From NCBI GenBank assembly GCA_964016885.1, contig OZ024745.1, positions 14,942,001-15,006,000 of the forward strand: a stretch of 64,000 nt of DNA, read 5' to 3'. Made by a program: the position numbers and the translations under genes. The notes below the pieces were generated by a model. That model ran no database searches. It saw only the letters and a program-made list of their open reading frames with translations, and was not told where the DNA came from. Below are positions 15,651-30,009 of this stretch, piece by piece. This DNA is from Eledone cirrhosa. Its lineage: Eukaryota. Numbering within the stretch: position 1 is the stretch's first letter; each line of letters begins with the position of its first letter.

Positions 15651-16579
15651 TCTCCTGCATTAGATCTACCATACAGCATCATATTCAAGTGGATATCAAG
15701 GCAAATGGAGAATTACAATACTCTAGTGTGAAATTGTTGATTGAAAAAATTTCATAAAATGTTATCTAAAGCAGGCACATAAGCTGTACTTATACGAACA
15801 TTTCTTTTTCTATTTTCTAATTCACGCCGTTTTTGCATAAATACACGTGTACATATATAAATATATGTACACACATACACACACTATGCATCTATAGGAA
15901 GTGTGATTTTATCTTATGCATGATTTTTCTATGCCTGTATGAGTATGTTTGAAGACGCTGCAATTAGCTTGGAAAAATATCTACGTTCTCTCTTAACGAT
16001 TGCAATATAAAAAAAAAGAATTAAATTTGATGTGAAAAGATTATTTAAATGATAATGATGTGTCCTTCACTTCTTTTGATGACAGTCTATCTCGGCAGAA
16101 TATTTGGAAATGTATATAAAAAATATATATTTCTTTGTGTATATATTATTCCATTGTATACAGTAAATAATATAAATAAGGGTGCTAATGTTCGCTATTG
16201 AAGCTTTTGTAGCATTACAGTCTATCTTATTGTTCGATAATGTTTGCAAGTCATATATATTTCTAATTTATTTTATGCGAGTCATTGTTTTGTCTTCACA
16301 GTTTTCTCACGCAAATAGAAAGAAATATGTTATTTGTTATGAATTAAATAACAATATTTTCTGGTAACTGTTTGAAGTTTCATGCGGATAATTCCAGTAT
16401 TATTCTCATAGTTTCGTCACCAAATTTACATTCTGTACATATTTACATCATTAATCATCAGTTTTACTAAATACAGCAACACATCTGTTTACTGATATTG
16501 TCTACATGGAACCTGTGTAGATCCCATCGAAGTGGGCCTTCTTCTACTTGAGTTGTAAATTTTATCCATTACTCGTTTT

Positions 16580-16680
16580 CATTATACCGCCTGGCATATG
16601 TGTTTCTTCCACCATTATACCGCCTGGCATATGTGTTTCTTCCACCATTATACCGCCTGGCATATGTGTTTCTTCCACCA
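16580..16680. repeat. 33-bp tandem repeat x3
   Basis: cattataccgcctggcatatgtgtttcttccac repeated three times exactly. Confidence 0.95.
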
Positions 16681-16918
16681 GTCATTAGTAGTGGCCATCC
16701 AGCTTATTGCGGATACATCACAGAACACTCATTTTCATCCGATGAAACAATTAAATAGAGAGAGAGAAGAAAATGAGATCACGAACAGATGAAAATAATA
16801 AAAAGAATAAACAATACGTTCCATAAAGCATATATAGTAGAGTATATAAAGTCGGAATCCCATCATTCAAAGTTTCACAGTGGATAGGATGTATTATATA
16901 TATACACATATATATATA

Positions 16919-17640
16919 TTGGGTTGGCAAGAAAGTAATTTCGGTATTTTAGTGTGAAATAAAAGTCATTTTTTTTTTCATACAAAGAATGAACTTTAAT
17001 TAATTATATATCTTCCATTTTATTCGATGACGTTTTGCCATCTTTCTGGCAACTTCATGATTCCGCGCTCATAGAACTTCTGGTCCTCATCACCCCAAAA
17101 CTGAAGCAAGTGCGATTTCAGGTCATCATCATAAATGAAAATGTTACCATTCAAAGGATTTTGCAAACTTCTAAATAAATGGTAATTTGATGGTGAAGGT
17201 CAGAGCTATATGGTGCAAGGTCACGGCAATATGGTGGATGTGACATCACTTCCCAACCAAGCTCAAATAATTTTTCACGATTTAGCAAAGACGTATCTGG
17301 CCTAGCGTTGTCATGATGAAACACAATTCCTTTATGATTTGTCAATTGTGGTGGTTTTTCTTTGATTGCTTCCCACAGTTTCAGTAGTTGTTGACAGTAA
17401 ACATCTGAATTGATCGTTTGGTTCCTTGGAAGCAACTCAAAATAAACAACCTTTGTAATCCCGCCAAATTGACAGCATGACCTTTTTTGATGCAATTCAG
17501 CTTTCGATGTGATTTGTGCTTGTTCATTACGCTTGGATCATGATCGTTTTCGATTGATGTTATTGTAGACAATCCATTTTCCATCACCAGTTATGATTCG
17601 TTTAAAAAAGAAAGGTCGATTTCATTGCGTGTGAACTCAT
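16919..17640 (-). mobile_element. Mariner (DD34D) transposon remnant with one TIR
   Basis: TA followed by ttgggttggcaagaaagtaatttcgg TIR-like end; minus-strand FHHDNARP and HPPY..DLAP motifs; frameshifted. Confidence 0.88.
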
Positions 17641-17819
17641 TTATATATTTATATATGAACCTTAACTTCATTATGAATTGTATTATACACGTCTGTAGCA
17701 TGAAGAAGCCTACAACTTTTGGCTGAAACCGGTACGATAAATTTCTATGTTGTAAATAAATGATTTGCTGTCATTCTATGAGGAAATACCATTAGCATTC
17801 TGTACTATTTTCCTTATTT

Positions 17820-17912
<93 letters not shown>

Positions 17913-18250
17913 GAAAAAAGTTATTTTAATCCGAAGCTCTAGTAAACCAGTTATACAGTAAGTGATGTAATGCGATAAAAACAGGAATATTTTCATGAAA
18001 TATTTGGATTTTACAGTAATTTCAGCTGAAATCTTATAATTTCTCGATGAAGACGATAAAACTTGAAACAAATGTATTTCTGTAAAACTGAAGTAAGTAA
18101 AAATGTATCTATATAAACGCAAACTTAGATACATACATACAAACACACATACACGCACATGCACGTACAGATACACACACATACACACACACACACACAT
18201 ATATATATATAGAGAGAGAGATAGATAGATATAGATAGATACATACATAC

Positions 18251-18331
<81 letters not shown>

Positions 18332-18563
18332 TATATTATGTATATATGCATTAATATATAGGTGTGTGTGTTCATCAATGTATATGCGTGTGTGTACGAG
18401 TTGGTAATCCTTTAGGAAATTCATTACATAAATGTGTATAAATATATGCAAATCTTTCCTGAAATACGAAAAAGATACAAATAAACGTTCGTAAGAATAT
18501 ACTCTAATGTGGACACATATGTTCCCACATTTAAGTGTTTGATACATACATACATACATGCAT

Positions 18564-18610
<47 letters not shown>

Positions 18611-18631
18611 CAATCACATACACATTATATA

Positions 18632-18797
<166 letters not shown>

Positions 18798-19034
18798 TAT
18801 ATATATACATATATATATATATAAATATATATATATATATTTATATACATACATATATATATGTATATATATATATATTCATATATATTCATATATACAT
18901 ATATATATATTCATATATATTCATATATACATATGTATATATATGTATATATATATATAACTATATATATATGCTATAAACATGTGTATGTGATTGTGCA
19001 TGTATGCATATGTAGGCATATATGTATGATGTTG

Positions 19035-19203
<169 letters not shown>

Positions 19204-19589
19204 TTACTTATTATTTATTTTCATTACTAAAACTCTTCTATCAAATTTATAAAATATCAATAATTCGTTTCCATGATTTAATGCATGCCATTTCAAAACA
19301 TAGATTGTTTACAATATTAATACTTTCACTCCTCTTATATCTACAATATTTAATATTCCTGTCACTTCCAATTCTCTTTAATCAATTCACCTTTATTTCA
19401 TTTTTCTCTTGCATTGATTTAGTAATCCGTTTTCACAAGTGAAATAAATGTTTAGTTTTAAAAATGATGCTTTACATTATAACTTTATGAAGACCAATTG
19501 TAGAAACTCCCGGATGTACCTAAATCACACCAATACACAGATATTATGAAGAGCAGTTGTGTCATTTTAATAAATGCAGTTGCATTGGA

Positions 19590-19890
19590 TATCCGTCGGT
19601 ACGCTGACGAATCTTCCATGAATATCCTAAGGTAACATATACCTTGTATTTAGTGGTGAAGTGGCGTGGCTTCGGGGTTTCAGTGATTGTCCAAATCACC
19701 TCTTTTTATTAAAAACTGTTGTATCCGAACTCCGTCGGTCCCGACGGCGAATCTCCCAGGCTAAGGTAACATACAGCTTGTATTTAATGATGAAGTTCCG
19801 TGGCTTCGGGGTTAGGGCGATTGTTCAGATCACGATTGTAAGTTCATAAGTTCAATTCTGGACGGTCTTGGAGCAAGTAACCTTATTTTA
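19590..19890 (+). repeat. Diverged ~140-bp tandem duplication running into a tRNA-SINE head
   Basis: tccgtcggt...ctaaggtaacata...gtggcttcggggtt occurs twice; the second continues into gttcaattc...ttggagcaag. Confidence 0.65.
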
Positions 19891-20020
19891 TATTGCTTCT
19901 ATTCACTAATGAGAGGTAACATTAATTCGAAAGACGAGAGCTTTCAATCACTTTATTACGCTAGACCGCCTTGAAAATTGCATTGAGTACACGTGTCTGT
20001 GGAATGGTTAGCCACAAGCC

Positions 20021-20073
<53 letters not shown>

Positions 20074-20376
20074 GTATGTATATATATATATATAATGTAC
20101 AATCGAAGTCAGTGTTGCAGCATTTGTACAAACTTCATTGGCATATTACAATTGTTTCGATATCGATCAGCTCAAGATACGATCAAAATGAGGGAGCCAA
20201 ACTCTTTTTCGACATCTCGTCATATGTGCGAGTTTACTCGGGTCATGAAGCTCAAACTTCAATCAGGAGACTATAATAGTACAAACTATAAGTACGCATG
20301 AAATATATGTTATGCCAAAAGTGCGGATAATTCTTGTGTTACACTCGTATATATATATACACTCGTATATATATAT

Positions 20377-20555
20377 AAATCAGGATTGATTCAATTTGAA
20401 ACTGGTTAGACCATTACTGAATGAGTATTCGATACTTGGTGGAGTTGAATATAGTTATATTATAAAGTATCGGGACTCAACGGCTGATCTCTTGACGTTT
20501 CACTCTGGAACTGGCTTTTGAAACAGTGAGAGATTAGCTGTCGGGTCCCGATTCT

Positions 20556-20565
<10 letters not shown>
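20377..20565. mobile_element. Tail + hairpin insert in (TA)n (family E)
   Basis: About 80-bp unique segment, then imperfect arms 20456-20492 and 20529-20565; arm resembles family B gggaccccgacggct. Confidence 0.75.
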
Positions 20566-20617
<52 letters not shown>

Positions 20618-20759
20618 TAAATATATTTTGATAATATTGCGAATACGATAAAGGATAAACATTTCATAATTCCTTGTGGAGTCGTAGAGGCACCGCCATT
20701 CGGTGTGTCTAGGGCGCATTTGAACCTAGCACAGCCCAACCCTCTCCAATTTCTTCTAT

Positions 20760-20930
20760 AGAGGAAGAATCGACGCCAGGACTAGAATGGTACTTTTTTT
20801 TATCGACCTCGAAAGGATGAAAGGCAAAGTTGGCCGCAGCGGGATTTGAAATGAGGGCAGGCGATGAGGTGGGACCAATACCGAAAAGTATTCTATCTGA
20901 CATCTTAACGACTCTGCCAATTCGCCGCCT
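20760..20930 (-). mobile_element. SINE (tttgcctttcatcc family)
   Basis: Reverse complement of the recurrent SINE core. Confidence 0.75.
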
Positions 20931-21540
20931 ATTACGAATAGTATGTGGTAAACTTGTAAAGTTAATATCAATAACTATATCTCTAACTAAAATTATGTAT
21001 TTCAGGTATATAACTGAATTATAAATAGACATAGATATGTTTGGAATAATAATATATTTGTTTGTATCTAGTTTTGTTTTATGTTTCAACCTCCTCGTTA
21101 TCTGTTCTTCTATATGTACTAACAGGTGAACTAGTATTTATAGAGACACTTTCTATTCTACGTATCTATTATGTTCAGGGTTATATGTAGGCAAATAGTT
21201 CTTGTCACGCTTTCCTTTATACATACATATGGTGAAAGTATTTATAATTCCTATATATTTGCTGATTAATTGTGTGAATCACTCTTAACGTCTTGATTTA
21301 TTGTCAATATTTTGTCATGGGAACACATTAATAAAGTCAGAAAACACTTGTTGATAATCGACAAGTATTGGGTGACTGCGAGAATTAGTGTGTTAATAAT
21401 GTTGTTTATGATGGTGTTTATCGGAACACTAGTCACAATAGATCAATCTTTCAGATTATATATAACTTCCCATATACTTTGCCTCACATCATTTCCACAC
21501 ATCCCTTTCTTTCTCACTCTTTCTCTCTCTCTTCTTTCTC

Positions 21541-21628
<88 letters not shown>

Positions 21629-21629
21629 A

Positions 21630-21779
21630 GAGACCCTAAATGTATCAACTGACTAGGATTGAACCTCAGCCCACGATCTCCACCAATTCTAATCCTTCCA
21701 ACTCGGCCACCGAGACAGGCTAAGTATTGAGTATTCTGGTGCGTTATGGTCCATTTGGTTCCTTACCTCAATTCCTTTG

Positions 21780-21782
<3 letters not shown>
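21630..21782 (-). mobile_element. Family B tail joined to a tRNA-like segment, in (TA)n
   Basis: Minus strand: aacaaaggaattgaggtaaggaacc...tactcaatacttag followed by ggtggccgagttgg...ggttcaatcc (A/B-box-like). Confidence 0.65.
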
Positions 21783-21820
<38 letters not shown>

Positions 21821-22251
21821 TATATATATATGAATAAAGTTAGTCCTTCATAAGTGATCTTCCAACTATCATTGGTATTTCATTGCTTTACCATATACCT
21901 CCGGTTGGTGCGAGCAACGGCTAAAAAAAGTCGTTGGGACACGTAAATAAAGGGGACACGAGAGTGTTAACAAACAAAGATGGTGAAGAAACGAAAAGTG
22001 AGGAAGAAAGAGTCAAGTCCCAAATTTCCATGAATATAAGTTCGGTGAAATCGTGAACGAGAGAGAATAAAGACCATCAAACCTGGTTGGAATGTGAGCA
22101 AGGAAGGAATTCCGTACAGGTCTAACGGGAGGAAGAAGGGGTCTGGTCTGTGAATTCGGGGAACATAAGTTCTGTGATATCGTAGACGAGAGAGAGAAAA
22201 AAAAAGCGAACCTGCCTGACCAAGAGTGCGAAAGAAAACATATATATATAT

Positions 22252-22402
<151 letters not shown>

Positions 22403-22425
22403 ACATATGTATATACATGTGCGTG

Positions 22426-22458
<33 letters not shown>

Positions 22459-22834
22459 TATGTCCGCACAATCTAGAACTTATGTTCAGTAACCGTTGTG
22501 GACTTGAATCTTCTCTCTTCATGTTGCTTGCAGACTCTTTATTTCCGTTTCCCGTTTTTTTTCGCCTTTTTCGCCTTTTTCGCTGTTTTTCTCTTTCTCT
22601 TTTCTTCCCTTTTCCCTTCTGTTATTCTATATTTTCTTCCCCCCCCCCTCCTTTGTTTTCCCAATAACTTACCAAGTTATTGAACGCACTGGGGGGTAGA
22701 TATTTTGTCTCTAATACGTAGAAATATCCGAGATCCCCAGCAGATAGTTGATGAGAAAAACTCCCGTTCTTGCTTCCTTCTTATTCGTATTTTTAAGTAT
22801 ACCTTATCTACCAACTACACAGCTAATTCTCTTC

Positions 22835-22949
<115 letters not shown>

Positions 22950-23610
22950 ATCGCTCGTTTAACTGATAACAACAGAAGAACTGAATGCTAAAATAGGCCA
23001 TATGATATCAAACACGAGAGACCTCTTTAATAAAATGACTGAAGTAAAACTAAAAAAAAAAAAAAGAACGAAAACAAATACAAATACCTGAAAATATTTT
23101 GCTTCATTTTAATAAAATAATACATCAGCACAAGATTAGAAGATTGTGGCCTCCTTTCTCATAGACAAATTATGTTACTAGTACCAACAAGATTGGCTGA
23201 TATAAGAAAGCATATTAAATTGAAGGTTGTGTGCATTTTAGAAAAGATTAATAGATCTTGATTATGTTATACCTATCTCTCTTAAACGAGAGGAATTGCC
23301 AAGAAATGTGTTTTTGACAACAGGAATTTAGTCGGCAACTATATTCGTTTCAATGCAATTAATAATCTATTCAACTTTAGGTTCGACACACATACACACA
23401 CACAGACAGAGACACACGCACACACACACACGTACATAGACACACACACACATACACACACACGCACACACACACACACGCACATACATAGACACACACA
23501 CACAGACACATACACACACACACGCACACGCACACACACGCACATACATAGACACACACACACAGACACATACACACACACACACACACGCACACACACA
23601 CACACACGCA

Positions 23611-23652
<42 letters not shown>

Positions 23653-23769
23653 GAGGTTATATTTAATTTGTTGGGATTCAACAAGCTTAAACACTTTTAT
23701 AACTGATATAAAGCACTCAACAAGTTAGTGGAGTAAATACACAATATATTAATAAATGGAAACTATATT

Positions 23770-24980
23770 TATTGCAGGCGGGTTGTATTATCTCCTAGCC
23801 CCAATGACAACGGTACCAATGAGAACAACCACCCAGGTACAAACACGGTGTCCGAGCACCGTACAGCCAGCGGCAACTTTAATTGTAACCTTAATTGTAG
23901 AGCTGATAAAACAACCGTTGAACGTAAAATAGAACGGAGGTCGAGTAGAGGGAATAAGGATAAATGTAGTAGGCGCATAGTGGATATAACCCCGGCTATC
24001 GAGGGTAATTCTAATAACTGCACGAGGGCTACACCGCCCCGGAGACTTGGGACGATTCCGACCAGCACCTGGACGCCCCGGAGCTTCATCGACCCCCAGG
24101 CATTTAACAGTTCTAATAGACCAGTAGCAACCAGGGAGGCAGGTAACACTAGTATAGATAATAAGAACAAGAGGCATCGGACCAGAAAAATCCTGTGGTA
24201 GAACCCCCCACTCCATACACCACCGGCCTGACCACTAGTATAGCTAAGCTTTTGTTTAGGGCCTTAGACAAATACTTCGCTAGATCACACAAATACTATA
24301 AAATATTCAATAGGAATAACATCAATCTGTCCTACTCCACAACCAGTTACATAGCTCAGAATATAGCTAAGATGAATTATAGTAGACTTAGGACAGCCCA
24401 GCTGATGGCAATTCTATGCATGAATGGACTCATACGCGTGAGGTGAGTCGGGCCACCCCAACCCCTGGGAACTTATCCATAGAGCAGACAAGAACTATGA
24501 CCCGACCCCAGAGGTACCGTGGTTCCTCAGGAACTACCCCGGTCAGTAGCAGAAAATTTAATTGCAGGAACACCGCTACTTGCCCCTTGGCTGGGAAATG
24601 CCACACCAAAAACATAGTCTACGACTGTAAGGTCTCCACTTTAGATAGAACGTTCGGGTATGTTGGGGCGACTGCTACTGAATTTAAGGATATATGGTAT
24701 AATCACCGCCATACCTTTAATAGATTAGATAAAAAATATAGCACGGCGCTTTCTGAATTAGTCTGGAATACAGAATATAGAGCATTCCTTATCCTGGTCC
24801 ATAGTTTGCTCAGCCCAGCCATATAAAGGCAGCGTGGGCTTTTGTAATTTATGTATAGCTGAAACCTTTAATATAATTAGAGGCGGCCTCCTACTAATCA
24901 ATAGGAGAGTGGACTTTTTCAGCACCTGCCAGAATAGAACCTCGAAAACCTTCCTCAGGATTTTTAGAAAGTAACCTACC
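23770..24980 (+). mobile_element. Penelope-like element fragment (linker + GIY-YIG), decayed
   Basis: RKILW*NPP, KIFNRNNINLSYS, NCRNTATCPLAGKC..NIVYDC...YVGAT motifs; homologous to 53480-54188. Confidence 0.88.
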
Positions 24981-25059
24981 ACTAACTCCACCCATTTTAC
25001 CTTAACCATAGAGTTCTCTCAATTAGCAAAAGATAGACAATCACACACTCAGGTAGTAG

Positions 25060-26285
25060 ACAGCTAAGATCGTTTGCGCACTTACATCAGAATTCTACAA
25101 GCACGTCGCTGTGAAAATGAAACTGAATTTGAAACTGATGCAAGGAGAGAATATCAGAGAAAGAGTTTCACAAAGATTGCAAATGAAACAGAAGAGACTA
25201 TTTAAAGACGGCAAAGGACTACCAATGCAATGAGAGCTGCTCGTGTAACTGATGCAGGTTTTATACCTAATAATGACGACACATATTCAGAAAACAGAGT
25301 TCGATTCTTAATTGTGGAAATATGGACTCAAATTGTTAGTTTTGCTCAGTAAAACATTTTTCTGCAGAGAAACCATCAGATGGAAGTTTTAATAATTGTT
25401 GTCACAAAGGCAAAATGAACAGAAGAATTCAACGTATGGCTTCTTAGCACAGGAAATGGAACAGTCACTAATGATGCTTAGATGAAGATCTAATAGAAAT
25501 ACCTGAAGCCATGATCTCATCTGGAAATTTAATAAGAAGACATTTTAGTAGTAAGTATCGGCGATATTGATGAAATTTCGACAAAAATTATTTCAAGACC
25601 AAAAATCAAAGATTCAATCGAACTGAATACCAAGATATTATCACTCCAAATGGAAACTTACAGATATATCCAAGTGTTGATGCGTTGGTTGACGAAAGTG
25701 ACGAGAATATCATCAATTATCCGGAAGAGCTTTTGAATTCTCAGATGGCGTCAGGCATGCCCCCGTACAATCTATCACTGAAAAAAGAATTCCATTGTGA
25801 TTTTGCTGAGAAATGGCTTGCTAATGGCTTGCTGAATGGTACTCTATTTTTGGTTGTACCTTCTAATAAATTTTGTATTGGCAGTAAAAAAGGAAATGAA
25901 GCTTTCATACCACGAGTTGACCTGTGTCCGGGTGAAACAGATCTACCCTTCAATATGAGCAGACGGAAATTCCCTGTGATACCAGCTTTTGCCATGACCA
26001 TAAACAGATTGCAATGACAGAGCTTCCCAAAAGTTGGTATTTACTTGCCAGCTCCCGTATTTAGTCACGGCCAGATTTATGTGGCCTTAAGTCGTACAAG
26101 AAGGAAGGAAAACTTTAAAATTATTTTGAAGGAAACAAGCAGTCAAGGCATGTTAGTTGCGGATAGAGTTTTCACAAAAAGGTTTTGTAATATAAGAATT
26201 ATTAAACTAAAAACTTGGTTTTGTCCCCTTTTATATATAAAATACTACAATTAGCCGTCATTTTTGACGGCACGAGGCTAGCTAG
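25060..26285 (+). mobile_element. Deleted Helitron with helicase remnants
   Basis: YPEELLNS..SGMPPYNLSLK, RRKFPVIPAFAMTIN, FSHGQIYVALSR motifs; 3' hairpin gccgtca-tttt-tgacggc and CTAG|T at 26282-26285; 5' boundary approximate. Confidence 0.85.
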
Positions 26286-28129
26286 TATATATACATATTA
26301 CGTAAAAGGGTGAACGCAGAGATTCTTTGTTTCAGTTTAAAGTCGCTGCTAATAACTAATTGCTCTGTGCTCTTACATCAAAATTCAGATTTTGAATTCA
26401 AAATGACACTAGCATGTAAGCGTTGAACCAATTACATATATGCTGTTGCCTATCTGTTTCCATTTCCCAAACTCTCCGAAATAAATATGTCTTACACATG
26501 CAGTATATATAGACCTCTATATTTGTATAATCCTGAATAGATTAAAGAAAAATAAAACACGAAATGATGATGTTTTTCTCAATCATTGTCAACACCAAAC
26601 TCAATCACATCGTTTCGCTTTATAATAACAGACAATGTTGTTATAACCATATTAAGGTTTCTGGTTTACTCTGTTTTGCTATTACCTGAACTTAAATCTG
26701 ATCCCTCTCTCCAAATCGATAATTCCGGAGGACAGAGTTTTGGCATGGTGTGTAGTGTAACGCTACAAGACTTCTGTAATTACTAAAGTGAGAATAATTC
26801 TACTGAAGTAATGAAATGTCGACATCATTAATGCTTACCGTGTCAGTGAGTAAAAGCTAAGATCGGGAAACGATAATGTGCTAAAGTTAATTACCGCAGT
26901 CATAAAGTCTTGAGAAATGACAAATGATGGCAGAGGTGAAAGGAATTGCCGAGATACTGGCTGATATTACTAATGAGTGGAGTGTACAACTTTGTAATAG
27001 TAATCTAAGATATTTCAGTGATCTTCAAGAACGACATTTACCACGTTTATTGTAAGAACGCATTTCTGTAACATTGATGAACCATATATTATTGTATTTT
27101 CTGCTTCGTGAGAGACAATATTGATCACATATATTCGTAAATCCATCTTAGTTTCGAGTTACTTTTAGTAGGCAAATTATTAAGATGATATTTATTTATT
27201 TTTATAAGCACACATCGATATGCTTATGCTTCAAATATAGTTCTCGAGGGACTGGTCGCCTATGCTTAATGTGAGACAAACATATTGCAAAATATGTTGT
27301 TATATATATTGGTATTCATTCTTCAGAATTTTTGTACTAAAGTTCAAACCTAATTGCAGCTTTGAAGTTCTCCATAAATCCTATATAAAATATTGTTATA
27401 ATAACTATTATTGATACTAACAAGCAATAGACCAATTTTAAGAATGAAAGTAAAAAGCTTAAAAGTTAATATTTTAAGAACATGTGATGTGTAATTTGTT
27501 TGTTGTATATAACTTCTTGTTAAAGTAAAATAAAATATGAGTACGGAAAGAGTGCATTCACTTTTTACAGTTTTTGTCAAGGATGAAGTGGCATACTTCA
27601 TGACAGTGTTCAGAGTCTCCAAGTCTAAGACTTGTGGGAAGGAGAAATGTATTATCAAACCTGACTCGGATACGAGCAACGTATAAGTACCAAATGACCC
27701 GGTGGTGACAGTAAAATGGGTGAGGATTTAAGCATACCGCTCCACCGAAAAAGAAAAAAAAAACATGTTCTTAAAAGAAAATGTTATAGTGAGGAGATAA
27801 TGGTAGGTTTTGAAGAGTTACTTCAGCTGTGCTATTATTGTTGAAAATCTAAGTCACCATAAAGTTTAAGGAAATGATATAGATGATCTTAAATTACTTT
27901 TCCTTGAATGTGAAATATAACTTATGGCAATGCTGGGGGGGGGGGGGGGGGGGCACATGTTTATTTAACATCGACAAACGTACGTTGTTAAATTTTCTGA
28001 GACAGAAAGGAGTAAAACGCGATTAATATTTGAGTTAGACAGAGTGAAATATTAGATTCTTGGTTATTTTATTTCGAAACATTATTATATTTTACAAACA
28101 TTATCAATTGTTATTAATTTGCGGCTGTA

Positions 28130-28320
28130 GGGTGGTGGATTGGCAGTATCGGTAGAGTGTCAGAAAACATGCTTTGTGGCATAGAGTTATGTCTCTTTAC
28201 TTTCTTGGTTCGAATACAGCATGTTTCAACTTTGCCTTTTATCATTACGGGGTCGATAAATAAAGTATCAGTAAAGCAATGGGATCGATTTAATCGATTT
28301 TTCCCTCCCCGCAAATTGTG
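28130..28320 (+). mobile_element. SINE (tttgcctttcatcc family)
   Basis: ttggcagtatcggtagagtgtc...ggttcgaat...actttgccttttatcattacggggtcgataaa. Confidence 0.75.
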
Positions 28321-28489
28321 CCTAAACAAGGAGCCACTAATAGGTGTTCTTATGTCCCTAATTCAGCCGACCTGCAACCATTTACCAGATATTTATCAAT
28401 TATTTAATGTGGGATAAAATTGATATGAAAAAACAAATCACTAAATATCTTAACTATACTGATAAACCAGTGAAATATTACAATGCATG

Positions 28490-28795
28490 TATACATGCAT
28501 GGTCCCGTGAATACCAAGGGAATCATAGTGGAATCGTATTGACTCACGGCGTTTCTAAGGCATCCTTAAACCTGGCGGAGTCCAAACCTCTCCAGGTCTG
28601 GAAACAGCAGATGTCTGTCAAAGAAGGATAGAGTGAGAGAATAGAAGTAAGTAAGAGAAATGGAGAAAGAATATACCCCAGCACTTGATTGCTATTATTT
28701 CTCGGCCTCGGAGGGATTTGAACTCAGAGAGCAGAGAGTTGAAACAAATAACACAAAGCATTCTAACCGACGTTGCAATGACTCTGCCACTCATT
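28490..28795 (-). mobile_element. SINE head plus extension repeat
   Basis: Homologous to 60385-60720 (gcatggtcccgt...cgtattgac...taaacctggcggag). Confidence 0.7.
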
Positions 28796-29694
28796 ACAAT
28801 ACTTCATTCCTAATCGAATTTCTAATATAACATGGTGTAAATGTAAACAGCGGAGCTCCATCAAAGTAACACTGAAAGTAGCCAGCCAATTATCGCAGCC
28901 GGGTATCATTATGGTTCGAAATTCAAATCAGATCAACCGAAATGTAAATTTATGTTAATTAGTTTAATTAACATAATAAATTATAGAGCAACATTGGAAG
29001 CCTCTCAGTTAGAAATATCTAATCTAAATCAAAGAATACATACATAACAGCTTGGACGAAATCTATTAACGTCAAAATTAAAGGAAAAAATGACAGTCTT
29101 CAACGATGATAACTTGCAGAAATATCTAATTGATTAATATAGTTTTATATTCATTAATCATGATAATTCCTAAGTAATTATCGTAAATTAATTCCATCAT
29201 AACACCAATTTCCGCACAACTAAAAAATAAAATAATATATATATAAATAGAAAAATAAACGAAACTTATAACTTCAACAAAGGAAATTTAATGTATTCGT
29301 TCTATTGACTAATTTCATTAGAAGTGAGTTTTATGAGTATTCTTCTTTTGGACTTTGATGCCTCCATTCCTTCTATTATGTTAATAATGCAAATGTTACC
29401 ATTAGATTCCATTACTACACACCAAATGTTATCGACTTAATACAAACGAAACAAAAACATTTCTGTTGAAGAAAAAAAAAAGCCCTTTATACTTTGTTCT
29501 TGCTTCATTTTTGCACATGTTAAACATTAAAAGAGAAAAGGAAACATTTATTGAAATATTGGGGGTGGATTTTGATTGAAGTAAAAATTATTTTAGGAAA
29601 ACACAGTTTATTTAATAAAAACATTAAAATAACTAACTTGGAAGATAATAAGTGAAAGTTAAGTGATATTTCAGTCTGTTATTATCGAGAGTGA

Positions 29695-29747
<53 letters not shown>

Positions 29748-30009
29748 TTTCTTTATTAACCACAAGGGTTTACATAAAGTAGACATTAAGGACAGTGCAG
29801 GACAATGCAGGACGGTACAAATGGGCATTTCTGCGTGTAAAAAAAAACAAAAACAGAGGATGTAACAAAAATAACAATGAAAATAACAATGAAAAATTCC
29901 CCAATAGGGGGGAGACTTCGGAGGGACATTTGTGGAGAAAGCCCAGTAAAAAGCCACAATGACCCTGACCACCAAGGCAAGTGCCCTCTCCCAGTTTTCC
30001 ACCTTTAGT

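Noticed and set aside
14400-15731. 443-aa ORF and CRISPR-like periodicity
   Set aside because: Head-to-tail 30-bp satellite with no unique spacers; frames shift at single-base deletions; eukaryotic context with no cas genes.
16395-16470. Minus-strand CTGATGA...GAAA
   Set aside because: No convincing stems or NUH triplet.
16580-16680. 33-bp repeats resembling CRISPR repeat length
   Set aside because: Contiguous units without spacers.
17691-17740. Hammerhead-like atgaaga-agcc/ggct-gaaaccggta
   Set aside because: Core C3 missing or displaced and stem I weak; counted only as a decayed remnant.
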